From the NCBI RefSeq assembly GCF_009914755.1, contig NC_060947.1: a DNA stretch of 64,000 nucleotides. One strand, written 5' to 3'. Positions 1-11,844 of the stretch are shown here, piece by piece (the first letter of the stretch is position 1; each line of letters opens with the position of its first letter). The position numbers were made by a program, and so were the translations under genes. This DNA comes from the human T2T-CHM13v2.0 reference genome, Homo sapiens. The notes beneath the pieces are model-generated. The model saw nothing but the letters and a program-made list of their open reading frames with translations, was not told the DNA's origin and ran no database searches.

Positions 1-110
1 GTTGGAAATGGGGAAGTGTAAAATGTCTGCTGTTAAATAAAAAGTGGGAAGTATGAAATAGTAACCATGAAAGCGAAGGTATAAAATATGACGTATGATG
101 TTGAGATCCA

Positions 111-235
111 TATATATGTGTGTATATATATATATACGTATATATGTGTATATATACGTATATATGTATATGTGTATATATATGTGTATATATATATAGA
201 GAGAGAGAGAGAGAAAGAAAGAAAGAGACAGAGAG
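111..235. repeat. (TA/TG)n then (GA)n compound microsatellite at the Alu tail
   Basis: tatatatgtgtgtatatata... followed by gagagagaga..., directly abutting the minus-strand Alu. Confidence 0.9.
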
Positions 236-503
236 ATGGAGTCTCGCTCCGTCACCAAGCTGGAGTGCAGTGGCACAATCTTGGCTCACTGCAACCTCCG
301 CTTCCCCAGTTCAAGCAATTCTCAGCCTCCCAAGTAGCTGGGACTACAGGCACACACCAACAAGCTCAGTTAATTTTTGTATTTTTAGGAGAGACAGGGT
401 TTCACCATGTTGGCCGGGATGATCTCGATCTCTTGACCTCATGATCTGCCCACCTCGGCCTCCCAAAGTGCTGGGATTACAGGTGTGAGCCACCATGCCT
501 GGC
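232..503 (-). mobile_element. Alu (AluSc-like)
   Basis: gagatggagtctcgctcc...gggattacaggtgtgagccaccatgcctggc; 'gatctcttgacctc' and 'gtcaccaagctgg' resemble AluSc diagnostics. Confidence 0.9.
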
Positions 504-886
504 TGGTGTTGCAATATTGATTAGACTTTGATAGATTAAGATAACATATAATTAATCCTAGTAAAGTCACTAAAGAAATTAAAAGAGGTATATCCATGAA
601 GACAATGTACAAAATAAAACGGAATGTAAAAAATTTAATTCAAGCAAAAGATGAGAAGAAAAGAGCAATAGAGGAGCAAATCAAAAAGAGATGTGCAAAG
701 TGGAAAAATATACCAGAATCACAGAATAAAATCCAATGATTTCAACAATCCCATTTAAAGTAAATTGATTAAACACTTTAATTAGAATGCAGAGATTTTC
801 AGATTTGATAAAAAATTAAGACCTAATAAGAAATTACTTATAGGAAACAAAAGAGACATTAAAGACAGAAGTAGATTGAAATTAAA

Positions 887-3128
887 TCCACATGAATATT
901 TCAACAGAGACAGAAAAGGCTTTCAATAAAATTTAACATCCCTTCATGTTAAAACTCTCACTAAAGTAGGTATTGAAAGAACATACCTCAGAATAATAAC
1001 AGCCATATATGTCAGTCCCACAGCCAACATCCTACTGAATGGGCAAAAGCTAGATGCATTCTCCTTGAAAACCCACAAAAGACAAAGATGTCCTTTCTCA
1101 CCACTCCTATTCAACATCATGTTGGAAGTACTTGGCCAGGGCAGTCAGGCAAGAGAAAGACATAAAGCGCATCCAAATAGGAAGAGAGGAAGTAAAACTA
1201 TTCCTGTTTGCAGATGATATGATTCTATACCTAGAAAACCCCATAGTCTCACCCCAAAAGCTCCTTAAGCTGACAAGCAATGGCTCAGGATATGAAATCA
1301 ATGTACAAAAATCATGATCATTCTTATACACCAATAATGGCCAAGATGAGAGCCAAATGAAGAACACAATCTCATTTGCAATTGCCACTGAAAGAATAAA
1401 ATACCTTGGAATACAGCTAACTGGAAAGGTGAAAGATTTCTACAAGCAGAACTACAAACCACTGCACAAAGAAAAAAAAAAAGCAGATGACACAAACAGA
1501 TGGAAAAAAACATTTCATGCTCATGGATGGGAAGAATCAGTATCTTTAAAATGGCCATACTGCGCAAAGCAATTTACAGATTCAACGCTATTCCTGCAAA
1601 ACTATCAAAGACGTTCTTCACAGAACTAGGAAAAACTATTTAAAAATCCATTTGGAATCAAAAGAGAGCCAAAATAGCCAAGGCAATCCTAAGCAAAAGG
1701 AAAAAAACCTGGAGGCATCACACTACCTGACTTCAAACTATACCACAGGGCTATAGCAACCAAAAGACCATGGTATTTGTACAAACACAGACACATAGAC
1801 CAATGGAACAGAATAGAGAGTCCAGAAATAAGGCCATACACCTACAGCTAGCTGATCTTGGACAAAGTTGACAAAAACAAGCAATGGTGAAAGGACTCTC
1901 TATTCTATAAATGGTGCTGGGTAACTGCCTAGTCATATGCAGAAGATTGAAATTGGGCACCTTCTTTACACCATATACAAAAATTAACTCAAGATGGATT
2001 AGAGACTAGAATGTAAAACCCAAAACTATAAAAACCCTGGAAAACAACCTAGGCAATACCATTCTGGACATAGGAATGGACAAAAATTTCATGACACAGA
2101 TGCCAAAAGCAATTGCAACGAAAGCAAAAATTAACAAGCAGGATCAAATTAAACTAAACAGTTTCTGCACAGAAAAGTAAACTATCAACAGAATAAACAG
2201 ACAACCTATAAAATGGGAGAAAATTTGTGCAAACTATGCATCTGAAAAAGGTCTAATATCCAGCATCTATAAGGAACTTAAACAAATGTATGAGAAAAAA
2301 AACAACAACCCTATTAATCAGTGGGCAAAAGACATGAACAGACACTTCCCAAAAGAAGACATACATGTGACCAACAAGCACATGAAAAACAAAGCTCAAC
2401 ATCACCGATCATTACAGAAATGCAAATCAAAACCATGATGAGATACCATCTCATGCCAGTCAGAATGGCTATGATTAAAAAGTCAAAACGTATCATATGC
2501 TGGGATGGTTTCAGAGAAAATGGAATGCTTGTGCAATGTTGGTGGGACTGTAAATTAGTTCAATCATTGAGGAAAACAGTGCGGCAATTCCTCAAAGACC
2601 TAAAAACACGACAACCACGTGACCTAGCAATTCTGTTACTAAGTATATACCCAAAGGAATATAAGTCATTCTATCAGAAAGACATATGCATACTAATGTT
2701 CACTGAAGCACTATTCATGGAATCAACCTAAATGCCAATAAATGGTAGACTGTATAAAGACGATGTGGTACACATGCACTTATGGAATACTATGCAGCCA
2801 CAAAAAGAATGAGATGATGGATGGAGCTTGGGGTCATTATCCTTAGCAAACTAAAGTAGGAACAGAAAATCAAATACCACATGTTCTCACTTATAAGTGG
2901 GAGCTAAGTAATAAGAACACATGGACACACAGAGAGGTGCAAGAGACATTGGGACCTATTGGAGGGTATAGGGTGGGAGGAGGAAGAGGATCAGGAAAAA
3001 TAACTAATGGGTACTAGGTTTAACACCTGGGTGATGAAATAATCTGTACAACAAAGCCCCATGACATGAGTTTACCTGTATAACAAGCCTGCACATGTAC
3101 CCCTAAACTTAAAATAAAAGTTAAAAAA
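887..3128 (+). mobile_element. 5'-truncated L1PA (about L1PA11-13) ORF2 3' half plus 3'UTR, nested in the L1M endonuclease region
   Basis: ORF fragments [15 protein letters not shown] and [17 protein letters not shown]...CWWDCKLV; 3' end ...cctgcacatgtacccctaaacttaaaataaaagttaaaaaa. Confidence 0.9.
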
Positions 3129-3749
3129 GGAAAATAAAATGGAATACGTACTGTGTACACAGTAAGAGTAAGAAAGCTGGAGAGGTTATGTTAAAATCTG
3201 AAAAATTAAAACAGTGTTTTACGAGATACAGAGAAAGATTTCATAGTGCTAAAATGAACAGTTCATCAGGAAGTAATAAGTCATAAACATGTATATATCT
3301 AGTAACAGAGAATTAAACTTTATAAAGCAAAAGCCGACCAAGTTAGAAGTATCAACAGTTACAATTTTGGCTAGGGATTTTTGCACCTTTCTCTCAGTAA
3401 TTGATAAAAGTAGACAAAAATCAGTAACAATATGGGAGACCTGAATAACACAGTCAAGCAAATTTAAATCAACTTTAAACTAATCAATGTTTACAGAATC
3501 CTATGTGCAATAAATGTAAACATATTCTTTCCAATTGCCCATGATACAGTCACCAAGATAGCCCATATGCTGGGCCATGAAATAACCCCAAACAATTGAC
3601 ATAGTATGTAAAATAAAGAAAATTTACAAAGGCAAAAATGGGCTCTTTGCAAAATTGCTAACCTCTTTGTAAGACTAATCAAGAAAACAAGACAAATTAC
3701 AAATATCAGGAGTTAAATTATCACACATATCCTACAAACATTAAAATAC

Positions 3750-5951
3750 TTTTAATTTGAAGATGTTCCAGATTGCCAGAGTCTTGTATGAGCAACCTAG
3801 AAAATAAACTCATCTTCAGAAAACAGTGCATATTTTGAGGACAGCAAGGCCAGACCCATTTTGTATGAGCATGCCATGGCCTGCAGCTTTTCCAGGGCCT
3901 GTAGCATCAGAATCCTATCTATAGGAACCCTTTCTGTGTTCTTGGGCCAGGTTTCAAAAATGGAAATCTGTATTTTTCATGCTACTCACTCTTGCTGAGT
4001 GAATATCCTGTTTTTTATCCCACAATCTCAGTTGCCTGCCAGAGTTAACCAAGTGATTGTATTTGCTACATTGTATCATGCAGCACATTTCTGGCACTAT
4101 AATTTTGGAGAAAGAAAAAAAAGCACTAATGAGATCTGAACAGATCCTCAACAGGCTGAAAACAAATACAAAACACGATGTATTTACTAAGAAGCTAACA
4201 GCTGTGAAATAGGTAGTGTGACCAGCATCTTTACTACTACTATTGACATAGAAACTGACGATATTCCTGAAAAACAGATGGGCTTTGTATCACTCAGGGG
4301 AGGAAGCTACACCCTAAAGGCCTTTCTAATACTGCTCCATATAGAAAATCCCCTAGAGGAGGCTTTTAGAAGGAGGAAGTGAGAATAAACTATGGCAATA
4401 GATCCCCTGCAATACAGTTCTAGAAGACTTAAAAAAATCCATTTGTATGACCTAGCCTATAGTAAAGCCATGCTAGAGAATATGGTGTAGCACAATCTAA
4501 TTTCAATGAATTCTTGTAAAAGCATGGATGTCCTCTATAAACCCTCTTGATGATGAAAACAGCGTTATATATGAAGATAAGCAAAAGACTTCTATGCTGC
4601 TGGAGCAGTATCTTGAAGTTGTCAATTACAGAGATCTTAAAGTCAGGCTTTGTCATGGAGATGAACTTGGGTAAAGAAAAGAAGAGTGCTATTCTCAAAG
4701 TCCTGTCACTTCCAGATAAAGTAAAAAAAAGGAAAAGCCAGAGATGAGGGCCAGGTGATTAAGAGCCAAAATACTCTGAAGTCAAAAGTATCCAAGTCTA
4801 CTGAAGTTGTGAACTAGCTCCATCAGGAGAGGCCATTCTGCTCCAGCATGGAAGCTGTTAACCTGAGTTTGAAATCCAAAGTCCAGAACCCTCTCAGTGA
4901 TGGGAAAAGAAAGCCAGATACCATTATTGAGTGCTATGGCTTCCCTGAGAAATGCCTTTCTTTGCCTCCCCTGTACAACTGCATTTTTGAAGGGGTCTCT
5001 TGTAATTATTAATATGAATTTGTTCCAGAAAAAGTCCCAGGATGACATCTGAGAAAATGTCTTTGAGAGATAAAGAGTCATTGCTAGACAGCAGTGTATC
5101 TGGAAAACTCAGAAGAGTACAAAGGGCTCAGAAGAAGAGGCAATCAAGAACTGAAAATATTACTCAGATAAAGAGGAAATGATCATGAAAGATGAGGTTG
5201 GGGACCATAATTATTAGAGCTTTAAAAACTGTTCAAAGATTTAAAACACTGTAAAAGTGAGGAATGTGGAAGCCCTTAATAATTCTTCAAATAGAAAGAC
5301 AACCTATTTGTTGAAGAAAGTTACTGCCTTGTACAACTTGCTCCCTGAGGATTCAAAAGACTGGGAGGTAGAAGAGGAAGCTGAAGGAAAACATGATGAT
5401 GTTTATATAACACTATGTATGAGGTATTAATAAAATGCCTCTTTCAGGAAATTGGTCTACAGGGCCCTCTGACTCCTTCCAAAAGCAGATTTCACTGAGA
5501 AGTTGGCAGGAAGATAATCTGGAAGACCCAAGAGCTCCCTCCCTCCCCACTTCATCATCTGGCCCATGAAAAATAAATACAAGTAGAAGCTTAATGTACA
5601 TAAAATCATCCCTGTGATTTACTCAGTGAAGTTACAGGGAGGCAATTAAACTACTTATGGCAAACTCTAGAAGAAACATACCATGGCCAAGCAGGAGAGA
5701 TTAGTCTAAGACACCCTTTCTCAGGTCACTGGAACATACCTCTGAAAGATAAAAAATCAAGGTGCCTCATAAGCTAACAAGAAATTCCAGGCAGTTACTG
5801 TGGAAGTTTAGAAAAATCCCAGCTGATACATAGGAAACAAACTGATGAGTTCCACATACAAAGAAGAGCTTAATATTGCATAAGCAAAATAGGAAAGAGC
5901 AGGTGATCTCTTTCTAAGTTGGAAATAATAAAATTCTGGTATACCAAAAAA
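3750..5951 (+). pseudogene. VELO1: Processed pseudogene of Velo1/Bucky ball (Xvelo/buc, BUVE-domain Balbiani body organiser)
   Basis: Collinear blocks vs recalled Xvelo: INSSSENSAY..ARPILY (3804-) ~ MNTTAPPPENGQY..PRPYFY; NPFCVLGPGFKNGNLYFSCYSLLLSEYP (3926-4009) ~ NPYCIPGPGFRGGNPYFPYYSVALHEYP; LYHAAHFWHY..STNEI*TDPQQ ~ FYHATRFRHY..ETKETQTDPRQ; KEEVRINYGNRSPAIQF (4370-4420) ~ KEEVRIEYGSGSPAAIQM; IHLYDLAYSKAMLENMV ~ IPIYDVAVVKELPENVV; TSEKMSLRDKESLLDSS (5045-5095) ~ TSEELSSRDEGSSLDSA; PEDSKDWEVEEE ~ PEDSDEYWVMEEE; KIIWK/PKSSLPPHFIIWPMK ~ KRILWKPPKGMVPAQIVGWPVK. Many stops and frameshifts, no intron-sized gaps, AATAAA at 5927-5932 and an A-tract at 5946-5951. Confidence 0.88.
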
Positions 5952-6805
5952 CAAGTTCATAAAAGATAAATGTTAAGCTTTTAAAATGTAAGTTTTAAAA
6001 CAGTAAATAAATGGAATTGGATATAAAAATAATAAGTCAACATTATATGAATGTTATATCATACATTTCATTATTTAGTTGAAATTGGTCATTTTCTTTT
6101 AAATCACAGTTAAATCACATGAAATGAAAATAAACTTCTGAAACCTGATAAAGAATATTAATGAAAAACATATAGTTCCCATAATCGCTAATAGTCAATG
6201 ACTGACTGTTTTCTCCCTAAGATCAGTGACTAAGCCAAGAGGTCACTCTATTTACCTTCACTCTTTTACTGGTAATAGTAGCTAGTTTAATAAGGCAAGA
6301 CAAAGGGCATAATGTGTGAATGTAAATAATTATATGGTTTCTATTTCCAGAATATGTGATTTCCTATGTAGAAAATGAAAAATACCAGAATTGAAAATGA
6401 TTTTGGAAGGCCAGACGATGCAAGTTAAATATATAAAAAGTGATTAAATTCCCATACATAAGTGATAAAAGATTCAAATAGATTTAAAAAATACAATGTA
6501 TGATAGCATCAAAAATAATTAACCAAATATGAGCACTATCAGTAAACTGAAAACTACAATGTTGCTGAAGATAGTTAATGAATACTTAAAATAACTGTCA
6601 GGCATATACTATGCTGATAGATTGCAAGAGTCAATATTATTAAGGTGAAGTATTTTGTATATTGTCAATGCAATTCCAATAAAAAATCAAGCAACCTGAT
6701 TCTAAAATCTATATAGAAATAAAACGGATCTATGAGAGACAAAATTGTTTTGAAAGAGAACAAGTTAGAGCAGTTTACTCTCTTATATCAAGGATTACTC
6801 TAAAA

Positions 6806-7017
6806 CAGTGTTTCTCAACTTCAGCACTAATTTATTGGGCCTAATAAATATTAATTGCGGGGTGGCCGTCCTGTGGAGGTTTACCAGAATCTCAGTTCTC
6901 TGCATTCTAGATATCAGTACTGCTGCCACCACACCCAGTTTTGAAAACCAAACGTTCCTGTAGACATTGCCAAATATCCCTTTGGAGAGCAAAATTGCTA
7001 CTGGTTGAGAACCACTG
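6806..7017 (+). mobile_element. MER20 (hAT-Charlie MITE)
   Basis: TIRs cagtgtttctcaac...gttgagaaccactg; 8-bp TSD ctctaaaa/ctccaaaa. Confidence 0.9.
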
Positions 7018-7076
7018 CTCCAAAATTGTAGCAATCAATATAGTGTGGTATTGACATAAAGAAAAGCACAGAATCC

Positions 7077-7490
<414 letters not shown>

Positions 7491-7942
7491 TTATATGATA
7501 TTAACTCTGTATTATCCTTGAGAGAATCGAGAACAAAGTCATTCAAATAATTTTTTGCAGTTCTCACTTACCTTACAGAATCCTGGTTGGAAATATTAAA
7601 ATAAAGTTCAGAAATAGTTCCACAGTTAGGTGGCCAATTGATTTTTGAAAAAGGAAGCTATATAATTTAGTGTAGAAGATACTATTTTCAGCAAATGGTT
7701 CTAGACTAATAAGCTATCCATACAAAATATAATCTGGGAACCTTGCTCACACCAGACATACACAGGCAAATGTACACACACACACACACACACACTCACA
7801 TACATTTCATTCCAAGTGGGTCATAGACTTAAATGTAAAACCTAAAAGTAAAAAATCTCTAGGAGAAATGATAGAGAAAATTACTTATTACCTAGTATTA
7901 GGCAACAATTGTTCAGACAGCACATGAAAAGCATAAACTGTA

Positions 7943-8497
7943 TGTGACAGTCAGACTCTAACGTGGTTCCTTAAGATCACCAACTCTGGATATTCACAGT
8001 TTCGTGGAATCCATTCTTTTTGAATGTGGGTAGGATTTGAGACTTGTTTATAGTCCAAGAATATGGCAACAATGATGGGATGTTATTCATTTTATTATAT
8101 TTTATTATGTTAAACTTCATCTTGTTACTTGACTTGGTAAGGAACTGTGGGAGTCCTCCAGGAACTGCTGTCGGCCTTTAAGAACTGAGGGAAGATTTCT
8201 GATCACAGAAGAAAAAAAATCCCCCAAAGCCAGGGCCCTTTATCCTACAACTGCCAAAAAAAATTCTGCTAACAACCTGAGTGAGTTTGGAGGAAGATTT
8301 TTCACAGTTGAGACTCCAGACCACAGTCCTGGCTGACCCTTTGATGATAGTTTTATAAGACACTGAGTATAGGACCAAGCTGAGCCATATTCAGACTCCT
8401 GACCAACAGAAACTGTGAGGTAAAAAATGTGTGTTGTTTTAAGTCACTAAGTTTGTGGTAATTTCTTGTAAAGCAAAAAAAAAAAAAAACCCAATAT
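7943..8497 (+). mobile_element. MaLR solo LTR (MLT1F/G-like)
   Basis: tgtgacagtcagactctaa...gaatgtgggtaggatttgagacttg...aatatggcaa; 3' end ...gttgttttaagtcactaagtttgtggtaattt. Confidence 0.75.
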
Positions 8498-9102
8498 ATC
8501 ATAAACCAAAATAAAACACAGGAAACACAATAACTTGAACTTAAAACTAAAACTTATGCTCTTTAAAAAATATTGTTAAGAAAATAAAAAGGCAAGTCAC
8601 AGACAGGAAGAAGCTCCTCAAAATACATGTTTGTCAGTCAAAAGACTTGTATCCAGAATATGTAAAGAACTTACAACTCAATAACTGGAAGTCAAACAAC
8701 ATGATTTTAAAAATAGGAAAAGATTTGAACATATAGGTCACAGAAGGAAATATAGGGAAGGCAAATAACGACATGTCTTAACATTATTATTCCGTAGGGA
8801 AATACTAATTAAAACGACAATCAGATACTGTCGCACAACATCTAAAATGGCTAAAATGTAAAAGACTAATAATACCAAGTTTTGATGAGGGATGTAGAAC
8901 AACTGAAACTGTAATCCTTTGCTGGTGGTAGGGGCAAATTGTGCAACAACCTTGGCAAACAGCTTGACACATTCTAATAAAGTTAAACATACATTTATCC
9001 TATAATTCAGCAATTTCAATCCTTGGTATTTATCTTTGCAACGTAAAAGCATATATTTACACAAAAACTTGTATAAGAATGCATATAGCAGCTTTATTTA
9101 AA

Positions 9103-9144
9103 TTAGGTGCTGCAAAAACCACAATTACTTTTGTGCCAACCTAA
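9103..9144. mobile_element. Internally deleted MADE1 (Hsmar1 MITE)
   Basis: ttaggtg..gcaaaaaccacaattacttttgtgccaacctaa matches the MADE1 terminal repeat. Confidence 0.7.
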
Positions 9145-9862
9145 TAACACCTCAAAACTGAAAAATACCTAACGTCTACCAATAGGTGTGTAGATAAACC
9201 AATTGTGATACGCACATACAATGTCATATGATTCAGTAATTTAGAAAAGAGAGTAAACTACTGATACTACAATGACATGGGTGAATTTAAAAAATGTATA
9301 GTGAGTAAACAAAGCTAGACATAAAAAGAATATATTGTATGATTTTATTTATATGAAGTTATAGCACCAACAAAAATAAGTTATAGATATAGACATCTGA
9401 TCAGTGTTTGCCTGGGTGGGGGAAGGCAGTTGAATATAATAGGGCACAAAGAAACTTTCTGGGATGATGTGTCCCATTATTTGAATGAGGTCTGGATTAC
9501 CCAATTGTATACATTTGTCAAAATTCATTAAAATGTACACTTAAAATGTGTGCATTTAATTTTACTTTCGTTACACTTTAATAAAATAAATGTGGTACAT
9601 ATACACCATGGAATGCTTCCCCCATCCCAGGTAAACACTGATCTGATGTCTATATCTATAGGGTAAAGTAATTTTATTGAAGTGTGGTGAACATAAGTAA
9701 ATTTACTTCAATAAATAAATTATAGCCATTCTAGATGATATGAAAATCATATTCCAAAATATAATGCCATTGTATTTCTCAATTTAGTATCTGTAAATGG
9801 AGATTCTACTACCCACTGTCTCAATCCAGAGGCTAAAATAGAGGAGAAAGCATTTACTCCTG

Positions 9863-10070
9863 AAATCAGGGATTATTGCATTCAAATGTGAACTCGGAGA
9901 TTCCTAGCTGCATAACCATATACAGGTGACCTTGCTGCTTTGAGGTTCAGCTACGTCATCTTCTTCAAAATAATGTTAAAAGCCATCTCAAAGGGTTGTT
10001 ATGTGAATTAAATACAATGGCATGGAACTACTTTGAAACTTTTAACATACTGTTTGAATACAAATGTTAC
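9863..10070 (+). mobile_element. MIR SINE fragment
   Basis: ttcaaat...ctagctgcataacc...ctcaaagggttgttatgtgaattaaat core. Confidence 0.6.
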
Positions 10071-10807
10071 AATTGTTGCTAGTATTATACTGAGAGGGAA
10101 ATACATCAAATCATATCTTGGGAGGAGGGGCTGAATTACAAATGAAGAAATGCCAGCAAGTTATAGAAAGTCCTGGTCATCCTGAGATTTTTGGCATACA
10201 GGAGCTTTTTTGATTCATTTTAAAGGAATCTGATTTCTAATTTGACCATGAAAATATACATTCATTCATAATTTATAGGAGAAACAAATACAGAAAATTC
10301 ATTGCAATTATCTTGATTGTTGTGTTCTGAACCCTAAAAGAAAGAGGCTCTTACTTTTTAATATTTTCCTTTTGATAACAGATTTTCAACATTTTTTTCC
10401 CAACAACTGTCAGTCACAGTGTTTTCTGTTACCTCATTTCATACCTATAATATATAAGCTCAGCCATTTACCTGAAGCCTCTGCTCATTGGCATGCCCCC
10501 TGACATCTGTTTCCCCTGTCTTTCACTATTGGAAGTCTCAGAGCCTAGAAACAATTGGACACAGACATTTCCAATTCTCCTGCCTCTATTTCTATTCTTC
10601 GTTTTTCTTTGTCTTTTTCTTTTCTTCTCTTGGTCTGTCTGCATTCTCCATAATACCATGAATCTTCTCAAGTTTACAGAATCCAAATTCTTATCCCAGG
10701 ACAAAAGTCACTGCTAAACCATCATTTATTAACCCTGAAATAGTTCCATTATGCCTATTTAGTGAAAATTGGGAATCGCTTGGTGAACATATAGAAAGCA
10801 GACACCA

Positions 10808-11155
<348 letters not shown>

Positions 11156-11500
11156 TCATATTTTGAGGATGCTGATCCTTTCTTTTACCATCTGGTTCAG
11201 TAAGTATCAGTGTAGAATCAGTCTGTGTCAAGATCTTACTTGGGTTACTTGTAAAAATGTGCTACTAAACAGCAGCCAAGATTTGAGACCATTTTGAGCT
11301 TTAAGTCTGATGTAAATTGTCCTGCTTTCTCTTCCTTCTACCCCCGCTCAAGTTCCTGCTTCATCCCCAGTCTTGAAAGAGGTTAATTTCATCCAGAATG
11401 GACTCTGAACTATCCCCGCCCACCACCCACAGAGACATAACCTTGGTTGAGTGGACCAGCAATCTAGACTTGAATCTATGGGGAATGACTGCCTATCTCA

Positions 11501-11844
<344 letters not shown>

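Noticed and set aside
88-444. 118-aa and 100-aa ORFs with YI/YV and ER repeats
   Set aside because: Translation of a (TA)n/(GA)n microsatellite plus an antisense Alu.
4429-5601. Short listed ORFs (4429-4698, 4547-4747, 4782-5081, 5413-5601) as genes
   Set aside because: They are antisense or off-frame by-products of the decayed Velo1 coding sequence.
3750-5951. Endogenous non-retroviral virus element (e.g. bornavirus N) as the identity of the insert
   Set aside because: No recognisable viral motifs; the ordered blocks match Velo1/Buc instead.
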